In this document: positions 17,254 to 24,898 of the stretch, piece after piece
Position numbering within the stretch: the first letter of the stretch is position 1
How the letters are laid out: the number at the start of each line of letters is the position of its first letter
DNA from: Chloroflexota bacterium
GTDB taxonomy: Bacteria > Chloroflexota > Limnocylindria > P2-11E
Reading direction: 5' to 3'
DNA length: 45,761 bases
Assembly: GCA_034666765.1 (NCBI GenBank)
Contig: JAXDLF010000085.1
Coordinates: 1-45,761 of the forward strand
Translations under genes and position numbers: made by a program
Notes under the pieces: model-generated
Told to the model about the DNA's origin: nothing
Database searches by the model: none
The model's input: only the letters and a program-made list of their open reading frames with translations

Positions 17254-17646
17254 TCACCGGCCAACCAGACGAGCGATCCGCTGGAGGAGCGTCGGCGCGG
17301 GGCGCGCCAGGTCCGCCCGCAGGCGCCGCTGGGTCTCCCGGGCATCGCCCTCCCAGCGCTCGACGATCTCGCGATCGGCGTCCTTCAGCGAGTTCGCCGG
17401 TCCCCGCCGCTCCATCGCCGACTCCGCGTCGGGCATCCGCGCGTACAGGTCCGCGGCGAACTCGTGCGCCGCGGGCAGCTCGCGCGCGATCGTCGCCCGG
17501 TGGCGCTCCCACTGACCGTTCTCCAGCACGAAGGCCTGCTTCGTCTGGTCGAACATGCTCGTGAGCTCGAGGTTGGCGGCCAGCTCGCGATCGATCGCCG
17601 CGACGGCCTGGTCGAGGGCGGCCTGTGCGTCGGCGGAGCGTCCCAT
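17254..17646 (-). CDS. Hypothetical helical protein (130 aa)
   Basis: The ORF has GC-rich third positions, lies 31 nt upstream of the PBP gene on the same strand, and shows no recognisable motif. Confidence 0.55.
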   Translation of the reverse strand: MGRSADAQAALDQAVAAIDRELAANLELTSMFDQTKQAFVLENGQWERHRATIARELPAAHEFAADLYARMPDAESAMERRGPANSLKDADREIVERWEGDARETQRRLRADLARPAPTLLQRIARLVGR

Positions 17647-17663
17647 GCGACGAGCCTAGCAGG

Positions 17664-17693
17664 TGTATACGCTCGATGCAGCCACTGTATACG
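17664..17693. promoter_or_regulatory. Two copies of TGTATACG (GTATAC palindrome core) 22 bp apart in a divergent intergenic region
   Basis: The copies are at 17664-17671 and 17686-17693. They sit in an AT-rich island in otherwise GC-rich DNA, between divergent starts at 17646 and 17698. They may be an operator or -10 elements. Confidence 0.35.
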
Positions 17694-17697
17694 TCTG

Positions 17698-18903
17698 ATG
17701 TATGCTGGCGGCGTGCCGCGGCCATTCACGAAAGCTCCCCTCCCCGCGGCCTACTTCCCGTTGGGCGGTCCCGTGCCGGCCGCCGACCTCGTCGGGCGCG
17801 AGGCCTACATCCGGCGGGCGGTCGCCCGGCTCGTCGACGGGAACCACATCCTCATCGCCGGACCGCGGCGGATCGGGAAGACCTCGGTGATGCTCGAGAT
17901 CCTCCGCCGCCTGCGGCGCAAAGGCCTGCACACGGCATACGTGGACTGCATGGGCGCGACGGATCTCCGCGGCCTCGGCGAGCGGCTCGCCGACGCCGTG
18001 CTCGAGAACGTCTCGGGAGTCGAACGGAGCTTCGAGCACGCGAAGGCCGTGGCCGCCGGGATGCGCCCGACCGTGAAGATCCGCTACGAGCACGTCGAGC
18101 TCGCCCTCGAGCTCGCGCGCGAGAAGAACGCCCAGCGGTTCTTCGACGGCGCGCTGGACCTCCCCCGCGCGCTGGCGGCGAAGACCGGAAAGCGCGTCGT
18201 GGTCGCGTTCGACGAGTTCCAGGCCGCGGGGCAGCTCGGGCCGCGCGTCTTCGACGTCATGCGGACGCGCTTTCAGAGCCAGCGCGCGGTGTCGTACGCG
18301 TTCCTGGGTTCGGAGGAAGGGATCCTCGAGCAGCTCTTCAGCGGCAAGGGCCGCGCGTTCTACCGCTTCGCGCTGCCGCTCGACCTCGCCGACGCCGCCG
18401 GCCACCGGTTCGGCATCGATCCCGACGACTGGCTCTCGTACATCCAGGAGAAGCTCACCGGGCGCAAGCTCGCGATCGGCGAGACCGCGGTCGATCGGAT
18501 CCTCGACGCGACCGGCGGGCACCCCCAGGACACGATGCAGGTCTGCGCCGCCCTCTACTACCTCATGCGCGACGCGGGCCTGCGGACGGTGACCGCCGAG
18601 GCCATCAACGTCGCGATCGAGCAGGCCCTGCGCGAGCTGGAACGGCCGTTCGCGCTCCATTGGTCCGACCTCGCCAAGGGCAAATACCTCCAGGTGGTGG
18701 CCAAGCGCATCGCCCACGACGCGGTGCTGTACGCGAGTGACGGGTCCGGGGCCGTCCCGCGGGCCGAGGTGCTCCGGGCGCTGGCGGCGCTCCGGGCGCG
18801 CGGGCTGGTGATCCATCTCGCGCGGGGGCGCTACGCGTTCGTCGAGCCGTTGTTCGGCGAGTACGTGCGGCGGTTGGACGAAGCTATCGTGACGTCGAAG
18901 TGA
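17698..18903 (+). CDS. P-loop ATPase of the archaeal-ATPase/ORC-like (PF01637-type) family with C-terminal winged-helix
   Basis: The start was trimmed to MYAGGVPRPF. LVGREAYIRRAV...ILIAGPRRIGKTSVML is Walker A and VVVAFDEFQ is Walker B. The C-terminus VLRALAALRARGLVIHLARGRYAFVEPLF is wHTH-like. An alternative start is GTG at 17713. Confidence 0.75.
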   Translation: MYAGGVPRPFTKAPLPAAYFPLGGPVPAADLVGREAYIRRAVARLVDGNHILIAGPRRIGKTSVMLEILRRLRRKGLHTAYVDCMGATDLRGLGERLADAVLENVSGVERSFEHAKAVAAGMRPTVKIRYEHVELALELAREKNAQRFFDGALDLPRALAAKTGKRVVVAFDEFQAAGQLGPRVFDVMRTRFQSQRAVSYAFLGSEEGILEQLFSGKGRAFYRFALPLDLADAAGHRFGIDPDDWLSYIQEKLTGRKLAIGETAVDRILDATGGHPQDTMQVCAALYYLMRDAGLRTVTAEAINVAIEQALRELERPFALHWSDLAKGKYLQVVAKRIAHDAVLYASDGSGAVPRAEVLRALAALRARGLVIHLARGRYAFVEPLFGEYVRRLDEAIVTSK

Positions 18904-19094
18904 TCACCCCGCCGCTCGAGCTCCGCCCCGGCGCCACGGTCCAGTACCGCGCCGCCGACAGCGGCGAATGGCGCGAGGGCACCCTCGTGCATGGCTCGGC
19001 GAACGACGAGGAGTGGCTGGTCAAGAATCGCTTCGGCAAGTTCTGGCTCCACGTGAGCCGGCTTCGCCCGGCGAACCAGCTGCAGGAGCCCTAG
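18900..19094 (+). CDS. Hypothetical 64-aa protein, translationally coupled to the ATPase
   Basis: The GTG at 18900 overlaps the ATPase stop (GTGA). Third-position GC is high. The sequence looks beta-rich (SH3/Tudor-like guess): ATVQYRAADSGEWREGTLVHGSANDEEWLVKNRFGKFWLHVSRL. Confidence 0.55.
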   Translation: MITPPLELRPGATVQYRAADSGEWREGTLVHGSANDEEWLVKNRFGKFWLHVSRLRPANQLQEP

Positions 19095-19105
19095 CTGAAC
19101 TCCGC

Positions 19106-21244
19106 CTAGAGCTCCAGGCGCGCGCGTTCATCCCCGTGCCGGGCGATCAGGCGCGCCGGTTTGCCCCGGACCAGCAGCCGTTCGACCTCGATGCCATCCC
19201 AGCCCGTCGGCATGACCACGCGGCGCGCGGGCCACGATCGCGGATCGCCGGCCCCGATCTCGAGCCCGGTGAGTCCGTACATGCAGGCCATCAGGAACGC
19301 CCCCAGGTTCGCCTGGAACGGACCCACCCGGGGCTTCTCGGGATATCGCGTTCGGCTGAACTCGTCGGTTTCGGTGAAGGGCGGATTGATGAAGTCGGCA
19401 TACCCGGACTCGAAGAGGCGGAGCGACCGCCTGCGGTCGCCGATCCGCGCCGCGTACGCACCGAGCAACGGCGAGAGCATCGGCGAGCCGACGTACGGCT
19501 CCACCCGGTCGAGGTAGAAGCGGATGGTCTCGCGCTCGGTCCGCTCGTCCACCGGATAGCCCACCGGGAACAGGCCGTACAGGGCCTCGGGCGTCGCCGC
19601 ACCACGACCGGTCGCGCGCGCGGTGAACGTGTCGACGTTCTTGATCACCGGCCGTCGGGTATCGATCGGGACGTACATCGCGGCCGCCATGCGTTCCCAC
19701 CGGGCCGCGCCGTCGCGACCGAGACGACGGGCGGCCGCGGCCGCCTCCCGCAGGACGACCGCGGCGGCCAAGTTCACGTAGCCGGGGTTGTCGACCGGGT
19801 GCCCGCGCGTCTCGCCGATGCCCAGGGTGTCGCGGATCTCGTAGCCCCGGCGGGTGCGGACCCACCGGCTCTCGATCCAGGTCGCGATGCCCTCGAGCAC
19901 CGGCCAGGCCCGCTCGCGCAGGTAATCGGTGTCGCCGGTCGCCTGGACGTAGCGGGCGAACGCGAGCGCGACGGCGAGATTCACGTGTTGCTCGAAGAAC
20001 ACCAGCGGCGCGTCGGTGCGGATGCCCTCCTCGCCGTGGAGCGGCGTGCTCGCCCACGGGTACTGGAGGCCGCGGTAGCCGTTCATCGCCGCGTTCCGCA
20101 TCGCCGCGCCCAGGTGCTCGTATCGATAGTCGAGGAGCGCCTCGGCCGCATGCGGATCCGTCAGCAGCAGCGGCAGGAACACGAACCCTTCGATGTCCCA
20201 CATCACCTGGCCGCGGTAGTAGTGGTAGTTCGGCCAGAAGGCGAGGCCGAACATCGAGGTGCTGAACAGGGACGAGTGATGAGCCGACGCGTGCAGGTAG
20301 TAGAACGCCGCGTCGGCCAGCTCCTGCCACCGCCGCTCCGCGCCCACGAGGACCACCCGCCCCTTCCAGAGGTCCGCCCAGGCGGCGCGATTGTCCGTTC
20401 GCAGCTTCGCGAAGCCGAGCTGGGCGGCCATCGAGGCCATCCGTCCGGCCTGCAGGTGCGGCTCGCTGTGGAGATCGCTCGGGACGAGCCCCACGTACTG
20501 ACGCAGGACGTATCGCCGACCGGCCCGGGCTCGCACGCGGTACGTCGTGGAGAGTGGCGCGGTATCGCTCTGCTGATCGCGCTCGACATCGACCTCGTCG
20601 GTCGTCAGGAGTTCGGTCACATAGGCCGCCCCGCACCGGGACAGGCCGCCGTGGGTCTCCCACAGGAGCGTGCCGTCGATGACGACCTTCTCCGTCCCCG
20701 GCACCCGCACGTCGCGCCGGACAAGCGAGCCGTCAATGCCGGTGTGGTCGATCTTCGCCGCGATCGCGAGATCGCACGCTCGATCGACCTTTATCCGGGT
20801 CTCCTGGAGCACGACGTTCGGGATCGTCCGGCTGCAGAAGGTCACGACCTCGACCGCGGCGGTCACGTTCGCGGTGGCGAAGTCGAACCGCGTGCGCAGC
20901 TCGCCGCAGGAGAAGTCGTATTCCTGGCTGACGAACCGCGCGCGCGCCGGTTGGTCGCTCAGCTTGCTGCCGTCGATCTCGATGTCGCCCCCGGCGGGAT
21001 ATGGACCGCGCGCGAAGCCCTCGACCTTGTCGGTCGGATGGACGGCGGCAAGCCCGCCGACGATGGCCAGCCCCTCGAGCTGCGGGATCTTGCCGACGCG
21101 CATGCCGATGAGGCCGTTCGACACGTACGCCGGGATGAAGGCCGGGTCGTACCGGCGGATGACCGGCGGGCTGATCGGTCGGGGCATGGACGGCATCCCA
21201 TGCAATCCGCCTGCGAGCGCGCCGGTTTGATGACGCCTCGGCAT
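19106..21244 (-). CDS. Glycoside hydrolase family 65-like protein (glycoside phosphorylase/hydrolase fold)
   Basis: The central (alpha/alpha)6 region reads FWPNYHYYRGQVMWDIEGFVFLPLLLTDPHAAEALLDYRYEHLGAAMRNAAMNGYRGLQYPWAS. This matches the GH65 pattern (HxFWD.E....P......P..A..LL.YR...L..A...A...G..GA.YPW.S). The precise start is uncertain (internal M at MPSMPRP). Confidence 0.78.
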   Translation of the reverse strand: MPRRHQTGALAGGLHGMPSMPRPISPPVIRRYDPAFIPAYVSNGLIGMRVGKIPQLEGLAIVGGLAAVHPTDKVEGFARGPYPAGGDIEIDGSKLSDQPARARFVSQEYDFSCGELRTRFDFATANVTAAVEVVTFCSRTIPNVVLQETRIKVDRACDLAIAAKIDHTGIDGSLVRRDVRVPGTEKVVIDGTLLWETHGGLSRCGAAYVTELLTTDEVDVERDQQSDTAPLSTTYRVRARAGRRYVLRQYVGLVPSDLHSEPHLQAGRMASMAAQLGFAKLRTDNRAAWADLWKGRVVLVGAERRWQELADAAFYYLHASAHHSSLFSTSMFGLAFWPNYHYYRGQVMWDIEGFVFLPLLLTDPHAAEALLDYRYEHLGAAMRNAAMNGYRGLQYPWASTPLHGEEGIRTDAPLVFFEQHVNLAVALAFARYVQATGDTDYLRERAWPVLEGIATWIESRWVRTRRGYEIRDTLGIGETRGHPVDNPGYVNLAAAVVLREAAAAARRLGRDGAARWERMAAAMYVPIDTRRPVIKNVDTFTARATGRGAATPEALYGLFPVGYPVDERTERETIRFYLDRVEPYVGSPMLSPLLGAYAARIGDRRRSLRLFESGYADFINPPFTETDEFSRTRYPEKPRVGPFQANLGAFLMACMYGLTGLEIGAGDPRSWPARRVVMPTGWDGIEVERLLVRGKPARLIARHGDERARLEL

Positions 21245-21324
21245 GCGGCGTGCCTTGCCGCCGCCGTGGAACGATCCTCGTGCGGGCTACTCCCGGCTCA
21301 CCGCCGGCGGCCCACGCTGGTCGG

Positions 21325-21396
21325 TACCCCCGCGCGGACTCGAACCGCGGCTTCAGGCTTCGGAGGCCTGCGCTCTATCCACTGAGCTACGGGGGC
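21325..21396 (-). tRNA. tRNA-Arg (anticodon CCG)
   Basis: The minus strand reads GCCCCCG-TA-GCTC-AGTGGATA-GAGC-G-CAGGC-CTCCGAA-GCCTG-AAGC-CGCGG-TTCGAGT-CCGCG-CGGGGGT-A. This is a cloverleaf with a 7-bp acceptor (G1-U72), a GTTCGAGTC T-arm and anticodon loop CU-CCG-AA. CCA is not encoded (followed by CCG). Confidence 0.9.
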
Positions 21397-21446
21397 GAGG
21401 AATGGAGCGAAAGGCCCTGCTCCGAGAGTGATTCTAACCTTGCTCC

Positions 21447-22184
21447 GTGAGTCAGTTCCTCTCCGAACGCGACAAAGAGCTGTCGCTCATGCAGCACCTC
21501 GCCGAGCTCCGGACCCGGGTGATGATCACGGCGTTCGGCGTGCTCATCACGACGGCCATCGCGTTCGTGTTCGCCAAGGACATCATCCTGGCGCTCGAGG
21601 CTCCGGCGCATCTCGGCAGGCCGCTGCAGATCATCAGCCCGACCGAGGGGTTCACCACCTACATGCGCGTGTCGCTGTTCACCGGGATCGCGCTCGCGAT
21701 GCCGATCATCCTGTACGAGCTGTACGCGTACGTCGATCCGGCTCTCCGACCGAGCGAGCGGCGGTTCCTGCTCCGGCTGGGTCCATTCGTGCTCCTGCTG
21801 TTCGTCGGCGGGATGGCGTTCTGCTACTTCCTGCTGCTGCCCAACGCCATCAACTTCCTGTTCACCTTCGGCAGCGACGTGTTCGAGGCCGCTCCGCGAG
21901 CGAGTGAGTACATCTCATTCGTGACGACGTTCATCCTCGGGGTCGGGCTCGTGTTCGAGATGCCCGTGATCATCTTCGCGCTCACACGAATCGGATTGGT
22001 GAGCCGCGAGTGGCTGGCGAAGCGCCGCCGCTACGTGATCCTGATCATCTTCGTGGTCGGGGCGATCATCACGCCGACGCCCGACCCGTTCAATCAGAGC
22101 CTGGTCGCGGTCCCGATGTATCTCCTGTTCGAGCTCGGCCTGCTTCTCTCACGCTTCGGCGGAGGTCGTCGACGCGCGACTTGA
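21447..22184 (+). CDS. tatC: Twin-arginine translocase subunit TatC
   Basis: SLMQHLAELRTRVMITAFGVLI...six TM segments...PDPFNQSLVAVPMYLLFELG are TatC hallmarks. Confidence 0.92.
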   Translation: MSQFLSERDKELSLMQHLAELRTRVMITAFGVLITTAIAFVFAKDIILALEAPAHLGRPLQIISPTEGFTTYMRVSLFTGIALAMPIILYELYAYVDPALRPSERRFLLRLGPFVLLLFVGGMAFCYFLLLPNAINFLFTFGSDVFEAAPRASEYISFVTTFILGVGLVFEMPVIIFALTRIGLVSREWLAKRRRYVILIIFVVGAIITPTPDPFNQSLVAVPMYLLFELGLLLSRFGGGRRRAT

Positions 22185-23508
22185 GCGCCGCCTCGGCGCC
22201 GAGGTCCGTGGGCTCGTAGTAGCGGCGACCCTTCAGCGAGTCCGGCAGGAATGTCTCCTCGGGATCGAAGTGGTCGGGCGCGTCGTGGGCGTAGCGGTAC
22301 CCCTTGCCGTAGCCGAGGCCGCGCATCAGGCCGGTGGCGGCGTTGCGCAGATGGAGCGGCACCGGATCGGCCCGGGTCCCCTCGACGTCCGCCATCAGCG
22401 CGCCGTGCGCCCGCTTGATCGAGTCCGACTTGGGCGCGAGGGCCAGGTAGACCGTCGCCTCGGCCAGGGGGTAGTAGCCCTCCGGCATGCCGATGAGGTG
22501 CACCGCCTGCTGCGCGGCTGACGCGAGCACGAGGGCCTGGGGATCGGCGAGGCCGACGTCCTCTCCGGCCAGGATCACGAGGCGCCGTGCGATGAACATC
22601 GGGTCCTCGCCCGCGTCGATCATCCGGACGAGCCAGTAGAGCGCGCCGTCGGGGTCCGAGCCGCGGAGACTCTTGATGAATGCCGAGATCGTGTCGTAGT
22701 GCGAGTCGCCGGCGCGGTCGTACACGAGCGAGCGTCGCTGGAGCGCGTCCTTGACCGCGGCGAGGTCCACGTGGCGGATGCCGCTCGGATCGGGAGTCGC
22801 CGCGTCCGAGGCGAGCTCCAGCGTGTTGAGCGCGACCCGCGCGTCACCGTTCGCGATGACGACGAGCGAGCCGAGGGCATCCGGCTCGACGGTGACGGTG
22901 CCATTGAGCCCCCGGGGGTCGGCGAGCGCGCGCTCGACGATGAGTCGCACGTCGTCCTCCCCGAGCGGTTGCAGGACGAACACGCGCGATAGCGAGAGGA
23001 GGGCCGAGATGACTTCGAATGAGGGGTTCTCGGTGGTCGCGCCGATGAGGGTGATGTCGCCCTCCTCGACGGACGGGAGCACGGCGTCCTGCTGGGCCTT
23101 GTTGAAGCGATGGATCTCGTCGATGAACACGACGGTGCGCTCACCGGTGGCTCTGCCGAGCTCGCGCGCCTCATCGATGACGCGCCGCAGGTCGGCGACG
23201 CCGGTGGATACGGCCGAGAGCGCGACGAAGCGGGCCTTCGCCCGGCGCGCGGCGATGGCCGCGAGCGTCGTCTTCCCGGTGCCGGGCGGACCCCAGAGGA
23301 TCATCGATGGAAGCTGGCCGGCGTCGATGGCCTTCCGCAGGACGCGGCCGGGACCGACGAGATGGGGCTGGCCGACGTACTCGTCCAGATCGCGGGGCCG
23401 CACGCGCGCCGCGAGCGGCTTGCCCGTCGTCGGCGCGGCGTCGTCGAGCTCCGCGGTGAACAACGGCGAGACGCCGGTCGGACGCTGCGACCGCCGGGGA
23501 TGTGGCAT
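22090..23508 (-). CDS. rarA: Replication-associated recombination protein A (RarA/MgsA AAA+ ATPase)
   Basis: The start was trimmed to MPHPRRSQ...PLAARVRPRDLDEYVGQPHLVG...MILWGPPGTGKTTLA...VVFIDEIHRFNKAQQDAVLPSVEEGDITLIGATTENPSFEV... The 3' end overlaps tatC convergently. Confidence 0.9.
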   Translation of the reverse strand: MPHPRRSQRPTGVSPLFTAELDDAAPTTGKPLAARVRPRDLDEYVGQPHLVGPGRVLRKAIDAGQLPSMILWGPPGTGKTTLAAIAARRAKARFVALSAVSTGVADLRRVIDEARELGRATGERTVVFIDEIHRFNKAQQDAVLPSVEEGDITLIGATTENPSFEVISALLSLSRVFVLQPLGEDDVRLIVERALADPRGLNGTVTVEPDALGSLVVIANGDARVALNTLELASDAATPDPSGIRHVDLAAVKDALQRRSLVYDRAGDSHYDTISAFIKSLRGSDPDGALYWLVRMIDAGEDPMFIARRLVILAGEDVGLADPQALVLASAAQQAVHLIGMPEGYYPLAEATVYLALAPKSDSIKRAHGALMADVEGTRADPVPLHLRNAATGLMRGLGYGKGYRYAHDAPDHFDPEETFLPDSLKGRRYYEPTDLGAEAALKSRVDDLRRSVREAGRARTGDTSGPRPGSD

Positions 23509-23546
23509 CCATCGAGTATGGCGGGTCCGCACCCTCCCCTCCCCCC

Positions 23547-23558
23547 ACCCCGGGGGTA
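23547..23558. promoter_or_regulatory. GC-rich pseudo-palindrome ACCCCGGGGGTA, candidate CsoR operator
   Basis: It lies 11-22 nt upstream of the csoR ATG. It resembles the TACCC...GGGGTA type boxes known for CsoR regulators (recalled, not aligned). Confidence 0.35.
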
Positions 23559-23568
23559 CGATGGGTCG

Positions 23569-23835
23569 ATGAAGGCAGACACGAAAAAGGACGTCGCCGC
23601 TCGGCTCCGATCCATCGCCGGTCATCTGAAAGCCGTCGAGCGCATGGTCGATGAGGACAAGTACTGCGTCGACGTCCTGAAGCAGACGATGGCGATCGAA
23701 AAGGCCCTCGAGCGCGTGGACGCGATGATCCTCGGGTCCCACCTCGAGACGTGCGTCGCCGACGCGTTCCGCGAGGGCCGCGCCGAGAAGACCGTGCAGG
23801 AGCTCACCGAGATCTTCAGCACCGCGCGCAAGTAA
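23569..23835 (+). CDS. csoR: CsoR/RcnR family metal-sensing transcriptional repressor
   Basis: An 88-aa ORF after trimming: KKDVAARLRSIAGHLKAVERMVDEDKYCVDVLKQTMAIEKALERVDAMILGSHLETC. It shows the C-H-C ligand pattern of copper-sensing CsoR. Confidence 0.85.
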   Translation: MKADTKKDVAARLRSIAGHLKAVERMVDEDKYCVDVLKQTMAIEKALERVDAMILGSHLETCVADAFREGRAEKTVQELTEIFSTARK

Positions 23836-23853
23836 TCGACGCGCGGGGCGCTG

Positions 23854-23881
23854 TTGACATGAATTTTCTGGCTGCGACAAT
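23854..23881 (+). promoter_or_regulatory. Sigma-70-like promoter candidate: TTGACA - 16 nt - GACAAT
   Basis: A perfect -35 hexamer lies at 23854-23859 and a 4/6 -10 at 23876-23881. Both sit in an AT-rich patch about 80 nt upstream of the arsR-family gene. Confidence 0.4.
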
Positions 23882-23887
23882 ACATAA

Positions 23888-23906
23888 GCGATAGTTTTGC
23901 TATCGC
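23888..23906 (+). promoter_or_regulatory. Inverted repeat GCGATAG-TTTTG-CTATCGC (7-5-7) at the predicted transcription start
   Basis: The arms are perfect. It lies immediately downstream of the -10 candidate. It may be an ArsR-type operator or a 5'-UTR hairpin. Confidence 0.35.
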
Positions 23907-23917
23907 GACGGGCGGCG

Positions 23918-23950
23918 ATCACGATCAGGCGACACGATCAGACACGATCA
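23918..23950 (+). repeat. Short direct repeats: GACACGATCA x2 perfect tandem plus one 8/10 copy (ATCACGATCA)
   Basis: The copies are at 23918-23927, 23931-23940 and 23941-23950, directly upstream of the SD (GGGAG) and the GTG start at 23962. Confidence 0.6.
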
Positions 23951-23961
23951 AGGGAGAGGCA

Positions 23962-24264
23962 GTGCTGACCGAGGCTTCCGTTCGCGATCTGCGGATGTAC
24001 TACCGGGCCCTGGGTGACGACACGCGGCTGCGCATTCTGCAGCTGCTCGCGACCGAGGGAGAGCACACCGTGACCGACCTCGCCGAGCGGCTCCGGCTGT
24101 CCCAGCCGCTCCTGTCGTGGCACCTGCGCCGGCTCCGCCGGGCCGGGATGGTGAAGACCGTGCGGGTCGGCCGAGAGGTCCGCTGCACGTTCGATCGTGA
24201 ACGGTTCGCGCAGCTCCACGAGCGCGGCTTTCGGACGCTCATGAATCCGGGCAGCGCCCGATGA
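23962..24264 (+). CDS. ArsR/SmtB family transcriptional regulator (no obvious metal-binding Cys motif)
   Basis: [51 protein letters not shown] is the wHTH typical of ArsR. It has a single Cys and lacks ELCVCD. Confidence 0.85.
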   Translation: MLTEASVRDLRMYYRALGDDTRLRILQLLATEGEHTVTDLAERLRLSQPLLSWHLRRLRRAGMVKTVRVGREVRCTFDRERFAQLHERGFRTLMNPGSAR

Positions 24265-24896
24265 GCCACGGGCTGATGCCGAACGAGGTGGCCGAGGGGA
24301 CCCGGGTCGGGATGGCTCCGCTCGCCCGCGGGCTCCACCGCGTCGGAATCACCGCGAACACCGTGACGGTCATCGGCGTGCTGATCACGTTCGCCGGCTC
24401 GGCGCTCCTCGCGGCCGAGCGTCCACTGGCGGCGCTCGTCGTGCTCCTCGCCGGAGCGCTCTCCGACACCCTGGACGGCCAGCTCGCGAAGGCCGCCGGC
24501 GGCGGCACGCGATTCGGCGCGTTCCTCGACTCGACCCTCGATCGAGTGTCGGATGCCGCGCTGTCCTGCGGGGCGGTCGCGCTCGCGGCGGCCCGCGGCG
24601 ACACCCTCCTCTTCTGGTCGGCGCTCGTCGGCCTGGTCGCGTCCTACCTCGTGAGCTACGTGCGGGCGAAGGCCGAATCGATGGGGACGACGGCGTCGGT
24701 CGGCCTCATGCCCCGCGAGGCGCGGCTCACCGTGCTCCTCGTCGGGATCGGGGTGTGGGGCGTCCTCGGCCTGTACCACGTGTTCGTCGCGGCGTTCGCC
24801 GTCGTGGCCCTGCTCTCGATCGTCACGCTCTTCCAGCGCATCGCCGTCGTGGCGCGCGACCTCTCGAAGACCACCCCCAAGGAAGGAAACCGATAA
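24261..24896 (+). CDS. CDP-alcohol phosphatidyltransferase, probable phosphatidylinositol-phosphate (PIP) synthase
   Basis: The motif [30 protein letters not shown] matches D(x)2DG(x)2AR...G(x)3D(x)3D. The protein is multi-TM. The PIP-synthase call is inferred from ino1 and pimA in the same coupled operon (mycobacterial pgsA1 analogy). Confidence 0.8.
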   Translation: MSHGLMPNEVAEGTRVGMAPLARGLHRVGITANTVTVIGVLITFAGSALLAAERPLAALVVLLAGALSDTLDGQLAKAAGGGTRFGAFLDSTLDRVSDAALSCGAVALAAARGDTLLFWSALVGLVASYLVSYVRAKAESMGTTASVGLMPREARLTVLLVGIGVWGVLGLYHVFVAAFAVVALLSIVTLFQRIAVVARDLSKTTPKEGNR

Positions 24897-24898
24897 CC

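Noticed and set aside
21245-21446. A genomic island or integrase attachment at tRNA-Arg.
   Set aside because: No integrase, direct repeat of the tRNA 3' end, or compositional shift is present. The neighbours are GH65 and tatC.
21243-21450. Track ORFs of 62-66 aa overlapping the tRNA-Arg gene.
   Set aside because: They are fully explained by the tRNA cloverleaf on the opposite strand.
23918-23950. A mini CRISPR-like or satellite array (CACGATCA repeats).
   Set aside because: There are only three 8-10 bp units with 0-3 bp spacing. There are no spacers and no cas genes. It is treated as a regulatory direct repeat instead.
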